A stretch of DNA of 64,000 bases from Azolla caroliniana (taxonomy: Eukaryota > Plantae > Polypodiophyta), in contig JBHGNT010000008.1 in NCBI GenBank assembly GCA_043228905.1, positions 5,456,001-5,520,000 of the forward strand. The letters are read 5' to 3'. Position numbers and translations under genes: made by a program. The notes below the pieces were generated by a model. The model saw only the letters and a list, made by a program, of their open reading frames with translations. It made no database searches and was not told the origin of the DNA. Below are positions 47,559 to 61,116 of this stretch, piece after piece (the stretch's first letter is position 1; every line of letters starts with the position of its first letter).

Positions 47559-48027
47559 TAAATTGGCAATGGTTTTGTTTGGTTCGGTTCAGTTTGAGAG
47601 TGTCAAACTCAAATAACTTAAAACCGAACCGTTAAAAAAATTGAAAAACTTAAACCAAATGGAACCGTTACAAAAAATTTAAGCTCTAGCCAAACGGTTT
47701 AGAGACTTTCAAACCTTGTAACCATTAAACCGGAGTTTCGCGGTTCGGTTTTGGTTTTCAAGTTAGGTCAAAATTCAAAATTTCACATTTTAATTTTTTC
47801 AGTATTTCAAATTTTAATTTTTTAAACCATGTGAACCGCGGTTTGAAACCATTTAAACCGAAAACCGTTAAACTAATAAAAGCTCGAACCGAACCAAATC
47901 GAACCGAACCGAACCGAACTGAACGTGAACCATTTACAAAATCTTGAACCTGAACCGAACTGAACCGAACCGTTTAAACTGTTAAGCCGTTAAGCCCCGG
48001 TTTCGCGATATTCATTGCCGATTGCTA
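47559..48027. mobile_element. hAT-type MITE (469 bp) upstream of the bL17 gene
   Basis: Perfect 8-bp TSD TTCATAAC (47551-47558, 48028-48035); imperfect TIRs around GGCAATG; AACCG arrays. Confidence 0.8.
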
Positions 48028-48156
48028 TTCATAACCTCCTATGTGTGTGTGTGTGTGAATGTGTGAGTTTTTGGAGAGGGCCATTTGGAGAATAAAGAAA
48101 AGCTCAGGGGTATTTTAAGAGATTTTCTCAAACGCAATTTCTCAGATGTATCTGTA

Positions 48157-48227
48157 AAACCCTAGAAAGCCCTCCTTACTCTTGAGTTTTAATTGAGTGT
48201 CTTTCAGTCTGAGCTTTTTAGGGTTTC
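48157..48227. promoter_or_regulatory. Telo-boxes near the bL17 transcription start
   Basis: AAACCCTAG at about 48157 and TTAGGGTTT at about 48218; telo-boxes are typical of plant ribosomal protein promoters. Confidence 0.6.
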
Positions 48228-48255
48228 ACAGAACCAGAACCAGAACAGAACAGAA

Positions 48256-51200
48256 ATGAAGCATGGCGTTCGGATGCGTAAGCTCAATCGAACAGGCGAG
48301 CATCGATGGGCTATGCTTAGGTTTTGTGCTTCCCTTCTCTCTTTTATTATTATTGCTTTTATATATGTGTTTTTTTCTTTCCCCCTTTGTGCTTTATGCT
48401 TCTGTGGAAATAGCAAAAATACCTTAACGTTTCCATGTTTCTGTTTTGCTTACAGAACAATGGTTTCTCAGCTCATCAAGCACGAACGTATTGAAACAAC
48501 TTTACCAAAGGTACCTATTTATTCCTTTAAAACTCTCAATCGAGAGTTAATTTGGTATACTTGATAAGTGTAAATTCGTACACTTGATGAAATGCAATTT
48601 TTATACTTATTTGACATGTAATTTTGTATACTTGACGATGTGTAATTTGTATACTTGAAGAAGTGTGGAACTGAGTACTTGACAATTGTGGATTTGTATA
48701 GGTAATGAATGTTAGATTTGTATGCTTAACCAGGCAGCCATGCTTTTGTATATTTTTTCAAATGTAAATTTGTATGTTTTGTGAAATGTAAATAGTGTGT
48801 ACATTTGTGACATGTGTGCTTGATGAAGTGTGAATTTGTATACTTAATGAAATGATTGTAATTGATTAGCCATTGTTGAAAAACATAAGACAATTATACC
48901 ACATTTTTAACACTTAGAAAATGCAGGCAATGATGTGAATTGATTTACTCATTTCAAGAAATGGTATCTCCAAGGCATCCCACAACCTATATAAAATCTT
49001 TTGTAGATTGTAAAAGCACATAAGAACGTTGATGAGTGTTTATGATATTAAATCAGGCTTGCACAACTGAATTGATCCAAGAAGTAGATTTAAATAACTT
49101 TTTTACAGATGATCTTCCAAAGTTGAGACTCGAGACTCCACATTATAGCTACAAGTTTACAAATACTGATGAGATGCAAATTATGGTACTTAAATGACTC
49201 ATACATATTGAAATATAAAAATGTGAAGATCCAAAATTATACTATGGATCTTCTGCCAGAAGTTCTAGAGACTTGAGACTTGAAATTAAAGAAAGCAACT
49301 GATGTGATAAGCTATATGTGGACATTATAAGGATATGCTCGAGGATCCAAAGTAAATATCATCGATGATGTCAAATTTCAATAATCACTGTTCTTGCACT
49401 GGGAAAGATCAACCAAATGCAAGCAGATGAAGAATGAGGATGAGAGAATATGGTCTCAAGAATGAAGATGCATTGTAACCCGCTACCTAATGCAGCTTTG
49501 AGGAATGATATAGATTTTGTTACCATGGTTAAAGCAGGACAAACAACTTTGGTATTCCAAGAAGTATGAACTTAGTTTAATATAGAAATCCCTTAATACT
49601 GAGATCACAGTATTGTAGAGCAGTATATGCTCAAGTGCTGTGCAAGTCTTGTATAAATGTGGATGAAGAGCACATTAAGTTGTCAGTTGTTAAATGAATT
49701 AACAAAGCATTAAGTGGCCAGAGTTTGGAGACAGAGTGAACACATCTAACCAAGATGATAAATGTCAAGTATTCTAGCTAGACCCGTGATCTTTGTTTGA
49801 TTTATGGATATACAGTGTGAGAGTGGGTTGTACTGTGAATTGAAGAGACTTTGTCATGATCGATCTACAGGAGGTGACTATTGAAAACAATGAACTCACA
49901 TGTTCAAAGTAAAAAATCATGGGATATGAGTGATTGAATGAGGCCTATGCTTACTTGCAATGGTGACAGAACCCTTCACCAATTTCCTGTGAACACGATA
50001 ATAAAGCTGGAAAAGGTCTTTGTATGAGAAAACTCAGGAAATAAAGTTTACAAAAGATTATTACAGATGATGAGACCTTGTGGATGATTGGATATATTAT
50101 ATATTCTTGGATTTTTATACTGGCCAGTGTAATAGTATTCTTGAATTGGGACAAACTTTATGAACCCTCATAAATGACTGATTAAGCGTGGGTTCTTATT
50201 CATGGACTAGAAAAAAATTATGCATGCACTAATACTGATTAGCCCTTCTAGGATGGAATTTGGAAACAATGGAATTGGCTGACTACAGATAGTTGGTGAA
50301 AAAATAAATGGAAGTGTTTGCTGACATTGGACTAACAAACATCTTAAGCAGTTATGCTATGTGTTCTCAGTGGAGGGGTTCAACTTTCAATATATCTTGT
50401 GCATAGATGATCGATAGAGGTTCAAAATTTTAATTGGTGATTATTATTAATCTAAAAGTAGATCTGAAAATTGATCTTGAAGCATTTATAATTTTTAGCA
50501 TATTTTGATACTTGAGTTTTTGTGTTAGGCAAAAGAGTTGAGACAAGTAGCTGACAATATGATAACCCTGGGCAAAGAGGTAAACTCTGTGTCTTTCTAT
50601 AAGTAAAGTAGCATGGATATATGCACATATGCAACAAATGATAATTGATAATATCCAAGTAGTTGCGATAGATGGCTCCAGGTGTATAACTTGTAATTGT
50701 GGGCTTCTGAAAATGGGCTCTTACACAATGAAATGGATATATCTGTACATTTTATCCAATTTATCCATTCAATTTCAGTAGAATTTATATATGTAGACAT
50801 ACATATGTATGGCTGCAGGGAACCTTGTTGGCCAGAAGAAAGGCAGCAGCTGTTTTGCGTGGAGATTTGGAGCTTTTCAAGCTTTTCACTGAAATGGCTG
50901 AACGATACAAGTTAGTAAAGTGCTAATTTGTAATCTCGTAAGAACTTTCTTGCATGGTGGGATGGGGTACTGATATGTATATATACCAGGGTGCGAGCTG
51001 GAGGCTATACAAGGATATTGAGAACGCGTATAAGGCAAGGAGATTCAGCGACAATGGCCTACATAGAGTATGTATCTCTAATTCCTTACTCATCATACCT
51101 GGAATATAACCTATCTATTCCTTATGTAAAATGAATTCAATACATGAGAAGATAGTAAATAGCGCCACTATGGTCTACATAGAGTATGTATCCCTTAAGT

Positions 51201-52196
51201 CATTACACATGCCAACAAGAGTATAACCTGTCTATTCCTCATGTATGATGAATTGATTATATGAGAAGATAGTACATAGCACCCAAATTTGAAAAGGAAG
51301 AGAAGGGGTTACTGGAATATTGACCTTAACAGGATATTTTGCAGCAGGAACTTTTCATCTTTTTGTTGTCATATAGTGAATTCAAATTAATCCTAAATCG
51401 GTTATGAAATGATAAGGGAAGTATTGTTAAATGCTTTGGGACCAGTGCTTGATAGGACATCATCTGTGCCTTTAAAATGAGGGAAGTGTTTATTTTCCAA
51501 ATTCTTAATGAGGCCTTCTGCTACTTTCAACAAATTAAATTCTTATTAAGATTCTGTTTTAGAAAACCATTTTCTAAAGGAGCAGTAGCAGCCTCTTGGA
51601 GATCACACTGACAATTGTATTGTGCATTCGTGACTTACCCTTAATAAGCAGATTTGTTTTGGGCTACGTGACTTGTGCTAAATAGGAAGAGCAATCTTTG
51701 TGCTTGCTAGGATGTTCCCTCTGCTGGTAAAAAATTGGGAAAACTTTTTTGTGTCAAATTCTTAATAATGCCTTGTTCTGCTGTCTGTTCCAACAAATCT
51801 TTAAATTAGTAAGGGGAAAGCAACAAAATAGCCTAACTTGTTGGGTACCTTCTAGATTACCTCTATATTTTATAATTATCTGAATACCCTTCTGTAGTAA
51901 ATTTTTTATTACAGGGGATCCTGATAATTGTTGAAATTTAGCAAGATTCTGGTAATAGCCAACAATTTAGGTGTATTTTGGTGTTTTATCCAATCCTTAG
52001 ATCTTTTGCTAATGAGCATTGTTTTGCAATCTATAGGTTTGTTGACCGACCTGATGAGCTTCGTGAGGCTAAGGCACCTCAACCTCAGCCACCTCAGAGA
52101 GCCGCAATACCACCATGGATTAAGTCTAAAATGAAACAACATTGGGCTTCAGAAACCTTTGGTTTACGAAATACAACAGCTCCTTCAGAGGCTTAA
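48256..52196 (+). CDS. RPL17: Bacterial-type ribosomal protein L17 (bL17, probably mitochondrial), 6 exons: 48256-48320, 48456-48510, 50529-50579, 50819-50910, 50990-51067, 52037-52196; 166 aa
   Basis: MKHG..RKLNRT.EHR.AMLR, HERIETTLPKAKELR, RAGGYTRILR, GDSA.MAYIEFVDR; all introns GT-AG and phase-consistent. Confidence 0.95.
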
Positions 52197-54152
52197 TTTG
52201 CCAGCACCTAAAACTTCTGTGCCTCAATTTTGTTGCGAACTCTCAGGAAAACCCAAAAGTGCAAAAACAACGGATAGATTTTGCACACATCTGATGTAAT
52301 AGCCCAATATTATGTGATAAAAAAGCTTATGATCAAAGCTTAATATAATCATAATGATCATGGTTGTGACTAGTGGTTTTGGTTGTATATCAATACAATC
52401 GTAGTAGGATTCATAGTGAGCCAGAAGTCATCTGTTCTCATTAGAACCCTAACAATGGCTCTGCACATGAAAGACTTAAATTCACAATGTGATCAAGCCT
52501 TTCAGTGTTGAAGCCTTACAGATAATTCTCAATAACAAACTTTGTTTCTTTCACTCTTCAAAGGGTTAAGGCCATATGTATTTCCTCGGTGATCTAAGAT
52601 GAGTGATCAAGCCAATGATGAGAGGTCCTAGATCTACCATGTGGCATTCAATATAAATTGTGAAGTCAAGAATGAAAGGATTTTTTCATGCAATTGGCTA
52701 ATGGTAACAATGACTTGTTTTATGTGCATTCATATATTATTGCCACTTGGTTTGTGACATTAGTATTCAGGTATAGTGATTATTGCCTGCAATCTAGGGT
52801 GCTAATAAATATACTTAACTAATCATAGTAATTATCACTCTGAACAATGGTAATTAACTAGAGTTAACATGAATTAAAATACTATTTTATAGTTTTGATG
52901 GGTGTAAGAAATGTTTTTGTTTATGGAGTGATTTCAGTTTTTTCATCTAAGGTGTAAAATGATAAATTACCCATAAGGGAACAGACCATTATTATCCATC
53001 ATTGTACAGGGGTTAATATTTGATGATTATCTTTGGAAGTACTTGTTATTGCTTCATCCAAAACAGTGACTTGCTATCGAAGATGAAGTATGGCCATAAT
53101 AATTTGGGTTGTAGGGTGTTACAAATTTAGTTTGCAACTTCAATGAAGTATGTGTCATCACTCTGTGAAGACAACGCTGTTTCTTTGAGACAACAATTTG
53201 AAGGATGCTAATTAATGAGATCACGAACAGAGTGCCCTTGCATATATATGCATATTGCATTCAAGAAAAGATTTACTGCTAACTTTATACTAGTTTGCTC
53301 TTGGCCTATTTCTTTTGGTACCTTGATACAACTAGTAATCTTGTTGAGGGTGATAAATTGTAATCAATGCATTATCCTTTATTTTCTTGTACTAGTAAAA
53401 ATCTTCGTGTCTCTTTAAAGGAGAGATGAGGTTTTTATTAAGAAACACAAATTATAGCTTATTGAGATTCATAATGTTACTCTATTGAATTTCAATGCAT
53501 AAACATGATGGTGCAATGGTAATGCAAAAATTGTGGTAAGGTAGATTGCTTGCAGAAACATAGGAAAAAATGCATTGCATGCTAAAACACAATGTGGAAA
53601 GATGATATTGACCATATATATATATATATGTATATACATATATACATATATATCACATGATATCATCCATAAATTCATTACCGAATGTTTTTTTTCCAAA
53701 AGCAAGGCTTGTAAGCAATACCATTGCCTTCAAGTTCAAAAGCTCATTCGTTATGACTTTCTTACTCGTAACAATACCATAATGGCATCAATCCAAACCT
53801 AATGAAAGGTTGACGATAGCACCACAAATCCTTGACCAAATTCTCTACAAGAGGACAATCTAAACTCGCTATGAAAAGTCAAAAGTGGGATCATTGAAAC
53901 AATAACTTATCGCAAAGTGAACCAAAGGCTAAGGTTTTGATACTTTCAATGGAAAAAGAGATCAAGGAATAAGAAAGAAGAAGAAGACACATGGCACCAT
54001 TGGCTTGAATTGAAGGTTTGTGATGAACCCTCATATTTCTCCAAGGGCATAGAAGTAGATATATATAAGGGTAATAAAATAATAATAGAAAACCCATCCA
54101 TTGAAATGGAAAAGAAGAAGAAGAAAGAAGAAGAAGAAGAAGAAGAAGAAGA

Positions 54153-55505
54153 ATGGACTTCCAAGGTCTCATGGAAAACAAGAAGGGGGACCCCAAAGAA
54201 GAAAAAGATGCAGACAAAGAAGATGACGAGTTCTTCCCTTTTGTTCATCTTCCATCAGAGCTTGTCCTCAACACAATTCTCGCTTGGCTTCCTCTCAGAT
54301 CTCTTTTCCGTTTCAAGACAGTTTGCAAGCTATGGAATTCTACCATTTCTTCACCAACGAAATTCACCCACTTCCCTTCTCACCTCAAGAAACAGAGTGA
54401 GAACCCTTGGCTCATTTTTTTCACACCGAAAAACTTCGATTTCATCGTCGCCTTTGATTTCGAGGCAGATGTATGGTTCAGATTTGATTCGGATTTCCTG
54501 TCGGCTTCACATAGTGGCTTGATTTGGTGCATTGGATCTGCCCGAGGTTGGCTACTTATCAAGTTTGATTCTACTCTTCATGTATGTAATCCTATCACTA
54601 AATCTCTCTTTGCTTTGCCTCCTTTTAGACGTATTAAATTGCTTGTGACTCAAGGTTTTTATGCTGATTTCACCCCTATTTGCAAAAATGGTAAAATTTC
54701 ATGTGCCCACACAAGGAGATGTGGTTCTAAACGCATGAAATGCCATGAAAAGGAGAAAGCCGGTGAAAACCCATGTGCCTGCATGAATAAGAGCAAGAAA
54801 TCTGACGAAAAACAATTTACCTGCATAAGGAGAAATGGGTTTAAAGTCCTTGTGATAGGGAATAATAAGAGTGAACTTGTTATTGTGGCATATGATGCAA
54901 AGAAACACTCATGGATCCTTGTGGGAAACCTTCCTAGTTCATTTGTGATCAAACATGATGAAATGGTTGAATGTAACGGGTTGTTTTATAGCCTTCTTTT
55001 GACCCCCAAAGCTATGCTAATCATTGGTGGGGGCTTTGCTGAAGAAGAAGAAGAAGAAGAAGAAAAAGAAGAAGATGACGACGAAAAGGAAGGAAAGCTA
55101 ATACATTGGAGAATTCAAGCATTGCCTGATGCTGATAATATAACTAACCCTCGTCTTTTATCTTGCCGAAATGCCCTTTTTATGGTATGTTATAATAGTA
55201 GCCAAGACCATGAATGTATCCTTATGTGGCGATTTGAATCATGTTCTGAGGTTTGGATTAAGATGGATCCAATGCCCGATGTAGTATCAGAAGATATGAA
55301 AGCAATCTCATTGTCGAATTGGTTCGATTGTGTCGGAGTCGGGAAATTCATATGCTTTCAAGCCTTAAATACTCAGAAAGTTCTTACTTACAATGTATTT
55401 GATGGTACATGGAGATGGCTCCCTGATCTACCTTATTCTTTTGATACTGGTCCTATCAGAGGCTTTCAGTTTGAACCTCGACTTGAATATAGTTTGATGA
55501 CTTAA
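54153..55505 (+). CDS. Intronless F-box protein with kelch/FBA-like C-terminus, 450 aa
   Basis: LPSELVLNTILAWLPLRSLFRFKTVCKLW F-box; VCNPITK, YNVFDGTWRWLP, FEPRL motifs. Confidence 0.92.
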   Translation: MDFQGLMENKKGDPKEEKDADKEDDEFFPFVHLPSELVLNTILAWLPLRSLFRFKTVCKLWNSTISSPTKFTHFPSHLKKQSENPWLIFFTPKNFDFIVAFDFEADVWFRFDSDFLSASHSGLIWCIGSARGWLLIKFDSTLHVCNPITKSLFALPPFRRIKLLVTQGFYADFTPICKNGKISCAHTRRCGSKRMKCHEKEKAGENPCACMNKSKKSDEKQFTCIRRNGFKVLVIGNNKSELVIVAYDAKKHSWILVGNLPSSFVIKHDEMVECNGLFYSLLLTPKAMLIIGGGFAEEEEEEEEKEEDDDEKEGKLIHWRIQALPDADNITNPRLLSCRNALFMVCYNSSQDHECILMWRFESCSEVWIKMDPMPDVVSEDMKAISLSNWFDCVGVGKFICFQALNTQKVLTYNVFDGTWRWLPDLPYSFDTGPIRGFQFEPRLEYSLMT

Positions 55506-57868
55506 GTGGTTGTTCAAAGATAAATTAATGGTATATTTGCAAGCGTAAAATGTCTCCAATGTGGCCCACTTATTTTCTTGACCACTTATTGTGGAATATA
55601 TTTGAATAGACTACATTAATGCTCAATAGAAATTTGAGAACACAGACATCTAGCGAAGAATGGTCTGCGAATGCATTAAACACTGTAATAAACATAATTC
55701 ATACATTCCACATGCATTTTATGAATCAATCTATGCACATGGTATTTATTATAGTATGGGATATAAATTGAGAATCATATTTATAGGTATTTCCGTCTTG
55801 ATTTTTATCTAGTTTCATGTACAATGCCCATTACAATTTGGCTTTTCAAGAACTAATGAGGTTCGCATGTTTATTAAAAAAAACTCAATACAGACAATGG
55901 TAATGTTTAACTATCTCATGCTTGAATAGGATTTCACCAAAATTTAAATCTAGAAATTTGTTTTCATGAAACTTAAGTGCTTATTTTGATGACTTTATAG
56001 CTACCCAACCTTTAGCACCCTCAACTTCTTACCTGTGTCTATCTATGGTCTCATCTCTTACATGATGCCAATGGCATACAGAAAGTTGGATAAAGAAATG
56101 ACTTATAGCAACCCAACCTTATTGCTCTCAACTTTTTATCCTATGTCCAGCATCACAGCATCTTAAATAATGGCAATGGCTTATAGAAAATTGGGTAAAG
56201 AAAGACAAGAAAAAAGAAGAGACATGTTTTTATGACTCTGCTTCTGTTTTTTTCAGCCTTTTTTGGGCTGTTTTTTAATCTTTAAGAATGGGCATGATTC
56301 TATGAAACTTTTATGTACTCAGTTTTTCTTTTGGCTGTTTCCCTTTCACCCTTTTTTTTGGGCTGTACCTTTGAGTAATTTGTTTTGGAGCTCATAATAG
56401 CTAAAATTCTATTTAAGCAATTGGTTATGTCACAAATAGTTGCCTATTTTGAGTAATTTGTTTTGGAGCTAATAATCACAGCAATTCCATTTGCATCAGT
56501 AATTGTTTTTTATGCTAAATATGAATTAAACTAGTGGTAGTCGTTAAGTTGAAAAAAAGTGAAGATTTTCGTTAGGGGTTTAATTTGGTATGTTGATTAG
56601 TGATTATTCATCATTCATAGTAAGTTGTTGCAATGATAATGAATTAGTGAGTCAATTCACATAATCGTAATTCGATTTAGTGCAAACATGTTGCTGCATG
56701 TAAGGAGGTTATTATTTTGAATTAGCATTTCAATTTGTATCACTGATTGGGATTGATAATATTTAAATCTAAAACTATAAATTTGCATCATGGGCTGGGG
56801 TTGGTAATTTTAAATCTAGATTGCTAATAACTGCAATGGAACATGGAATTTTGCTGTGCCTTCAACAAACTGTATACCATTTTCATACACTTAGACATTA
56901 CGTAAGAGTACAAGGGACAAGTGTGACACTTGTAAAAGGGACAATTGAAGAGAGACTAATGAGATATTGTCGAACCGGGAACATTTTATATGCTATAAAA
57001 GACAATTCGATGTCTTTCAAGCTTCTTCTTGCATTCTAGAGAACTTGAACTAAAGCTTAAGCCTTTCCTAATCCCTCTTTCTCATAAGTTACACTCTTGA
57101 ACGTGATCTTATTAATACTTCATAAGACTTGAAACTTGAGCGTCTAGCTTAAGAATTTGGGTTGATTGTAAATCTTTAAGGGAAACTCGAATACCACTAT
57201 TTGCACTTTATCTTTCCTTCTTTTATGTATTCCATTAATTGTTTGTGTTAAATAAATCAAGACTGGTTAAGTGGGCCTAAGCTCATTTTATTGTATTTAG
57301 GCATTAGTTCTAGAGTTTCCTCACTTGTTCTTGTTGCTTGCTTGTAGATTTAGAGTGGTTTGACATCCCTCACCTACTTGTTTCACTGAAAATGAAATAC
57401 ATGTTGTCGCGATGATGGTAGATTTTAGTTCTAGGATAGTTAGGGCTAACTAGAACAATGTGTGACGACCCACCGAACTTCCATACAAACATCCCAAAGT
57501 AATATGGGAGTCTCAAGGCTCCTAAGAATATTGAAGTAACCTCAAGGTTACTCGGATCCATCCCCAAGTAATATGGGGGTCAAGGATGTCCTTGCCTTAC
57601 TGATTCACACGGGTTTTTATGCCGCCATGTTTTTTTCTTGTTATTGTGAACCCTAATTAAATTGAAGAACCTAGACTTAGCATGTTCACCATATCACATA
57701 CATCAGATACACATATACTTGAGAGTTATTATACACAAAGTTAACGTAGTCTCATAATTCAGCTAATGTGGTCTCATCTGTGTCTCTAGACCAACAAGGT
57801 TCACTAAAAGAATGTCAACCCAGTGTCCATTGACTATGCCTTTGAGGCACAAACTAGGTGATAAGATT

Positions 57869-58403
57869 TAGCTACGGGTTTGGTTCGGTGTAGTTTTATT
57901 TGCCTTGAAAACAAACCATTTATAGAAAACAAAAACCAAACTAAATTGTTTATGAACTCTCAAGCCACTTAAACCAAACCATTTAGGAAAAGGTAAATCC
58001 AACCATTTAAGGAAAAGTTGAAACCATTTAATAAAAGATTTAAACCTAACCATTTAAGCAAAACTAATTAAAAATAAAATAAATAAAAACATTAATTTAA
58101 ATATTAAATCAAATAATCATTTAAGTTAAATTAATTAAATCAATAAACAAGAAAACATTAACTTAACCATTAAATTAATAAACCATAAAAGAAATAAAAT
58201 AAAGTTAACCAAAAACCAATAAACCAAACCACTTAGTCCTATAAACCAATAAACCCGAGTTTTAGAACCAACCTGATCTAAAACCAAACCGTTAAATAAT
58301 AATTGAACCAAACCAAACCATTTGATTATATTGGAACCATTAAATTGTGAAACCATTACTTAATGGTTTGATTTAGTTTGAGTTGGAACCGTGCCCATAG
58401 CTA
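57869..58403. mobile_element. hAT-type MITE (535 bp)
   Basis: Perfect 8-bp TSD ATAAGATT (57861-57868, 58404-58411); termini TAGCTA...TAGCTA; AAACC subterminal repeats. Confidence 0.85.
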
Positions 58404-59399
58404 ATAAGATTCACCAATCCTATTCCTTAGGAAACTCTCACGAGACTCTTTATATTGGCCTTTTGGCTCCCTATTGCTTGTTCAAGAAATACTTTATACA
58501 ATCTAGAAATACTTTATTACGTTAGAAGATGCTTAATGTAAGGTATATCAATGTGGCACATAGGACCTGGGAATGTATAAGATCAAAAGAAGCGACGATT
58601 CTCTTATATTCGATCAATATCCATGATTAGCAGGCATTTCTATTGTGAAAGAGTTCATAATGCTCATTAGGTATTAAACGATCCAAAGCAACCACAACTC
58701 TCAATAGGGCACACCACTAAAGATTCAAGGTGTGCTTTTGTTCTAGAGACTTGTAACACTACACAAGATGATTCCATTTCCTAATGTTAGCTATGTATAG
58801 TCGCCAAATTAGAGATTATTTGTCTCTTGAGATATTTTCGTTTCTTCCTCATCTGGGAGATCTTGAACATATTGTAAACAATATAAGGAGGTTAGCTACC
58901 TTCTTATAAAGGGAGACTTGACTTATGTTGAGGCTATGATGGTGTGGCCATGGTTCTCGTTAGCTAAGCATTTGCGTTCTTCGCAAAACCCAAGGTATGA
59001 CTCGCATCAACCCTTGATGGTATGGGACATTGACGAGGTACAACGTTGTCTTATGTTATTTCTAGGGAGTGGTCGTGTGATTTGGCACCCCTCTTTCCTT
59101 TCTTTGGTCTATAATTTCTTATGTTTTGCTTAATTAATTAGTTAGACTCTAACATTAAATCACACCATTACTAGGTGCATGTTCTCACTTTCTTCTTATG
59201 TTTGTTTTTATTGTGTTAAGACTATTATTTTGACACACTCATCTCAAATTTGAAAAGACATTCAAATATTGTCAAATCCCATAACAAGAATAATTGTGTC
59301 CCTATTTCTTGTACATAATGTATATGAATCTTTTGTTTTTTTTTCCAAAAAAATAAAATTCCTTCCATTAGTTACAAAATTTTACAGATGAGGGTGTTA

Positions 59400-60350
59400 T
59401 ATACAAATCCTTGTAGGGACGCGATAGTTCTATCTTATGTGGATGCCCACTGACTTAAGAAAGGGAGAGGACGATCATTGTTGGATGAAGGCTAGTCGTT
59501 GTCTTTCAACTCCATTGGAGCCGCCCTTGAGGCCATCGTATTAGCTCTTTAGAGTGGCTACAACTTCACTCCATATCTCTTGCATTAACATTACTCGATG
59601 CAATGTTTGGTTGAAAAAGACCCATCTACACCGTTGTTTCCATCGGAGCCGTCCTTGAGGCCATCGTATTGGCTCTTTAGAGTGGCTACAACTTCACTCC
59701 TTATATCTTGCATTAACATTACTCGATGCGATGTTTGGTTGAAGAAGACCTATCTACACCGTTGTTTCCATAGAGTCCAAAGAATTATTGGGCTGATCAA
59801 TTCTAGCACAACTTGAGATTTGGCAATATTAGGACTTGAGTGGATATTGTCGAAGGTGGAAAAAAACCTCTTGTGCTTTTATCACCAAAGTCATCCTCTC
59901 CTCCTAATGCTTGTACCTATTAACTAGGAGCTGCCATGATAAGCAACATACATTTCCCCACTTGATTGTGCCTTGCACTTGGTATAATTGCAATAGGCGG
60001 CAACCCCCAACCATATTCGATGGGTCTTTGGGCATTCCCACAGAGTGTGTCAGATTGATTCTGTTGCATTTGGGCATGCTACACAATTAGGAGAACTAAG
60101 GTTCCCACGTTGCCACACTCCAACCAATAATGCCTTATTTATTAATAGCCATTGGAATGTGGTAATTTGCCTCACATGATGTTGTTTCCAGAATTTCTGC
60201 TAAAACTTGGTGATAATTGTGTGAGGAACATGATATGTGTGCCAAACCTTTGTGGTAGCCAGCTCTCGGGCGGTTTGAGCGGCTAGAATGTGGCGACCCA
60301 ATCTAGTCGTGAATTGGAAGAAAGGGATGACATATGAATCTTTTGCATTT
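59400..60350 (-). mobile_element. Degenerate L1-type LINE fragment (zf-RVT region); boundaries approximate; contains a roughly 128-bp tandem duplication at about 59515-59770
   Basis: Minus strand about 60020-60155 reads WLLINKALLVG...CVACPNATESI*HTLWECP. Confidence 0.55.
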
Positions 60351-61116
60351 AAAATCCTTTTATTTTAAAATAATTCTACCATGGACTATTATTTAAGCGT
60401 AATATCTTCTAAGTCTACATTCATGCTTAACACAAAAGAGGATACCATCTTCACTTAACACAATAGAATGTCGAGTTTATTGCAAAAAGAGCTTTTAGTG
60501 AGAAATTATAATAACTCATGATGTTCATTGCTACGTGATTATTAACATTAATGTTTTCCCATGTGCTAGACATCATGTTTCAAAGCTTTTGTTTACACAC
60601 GCAAGGTGTCTTCTCACTAGATACTCATGTTCTTGATTCTAGTTCTTGTATGAGCATTACTCACCATGTTTATTTTATACATGTTTGGAAAGTTTAGCAT
60701 GTTTGAGTTAATCTTGTATCTTTACTGTCTATGATCCCATCTCCTATGGTTTTTTTAATTGTAGACATGAAATATTAATGATTCGAGGGAATAGAGACAT
60801 GAATGTGGTGGTGTTTTCATTTGAAGACATGGCATATTAATAATGACAATGTGAGAGAATAGATCCTAATATTTATGATTTTTTCGACCATTCCAAAGAG
60901 TTAAATTAGTTTTAAAAATCCTTATTTAACTTTACAAATATCTTCTAGAGAGGTATTGTAAGTGTGCCAATAATAATAAAAGTTGGGTCATATAAATATA
61001 AGCCCTTGGTTTCATCATTCTTCCTAATAAGGTTGATCACTATATTATGAAACATAAGCTTTGAGAATCCTTTTCTATGTTTACAATATTTTTTCTTCCA
61101 CAAAGACATAATTGTG

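Noticed and set aside
54010-54522. 170-aa ORF overlapping the F-box start
   Set aside because: Alternative frame of a GAA microsatellite and the F-box CDS.
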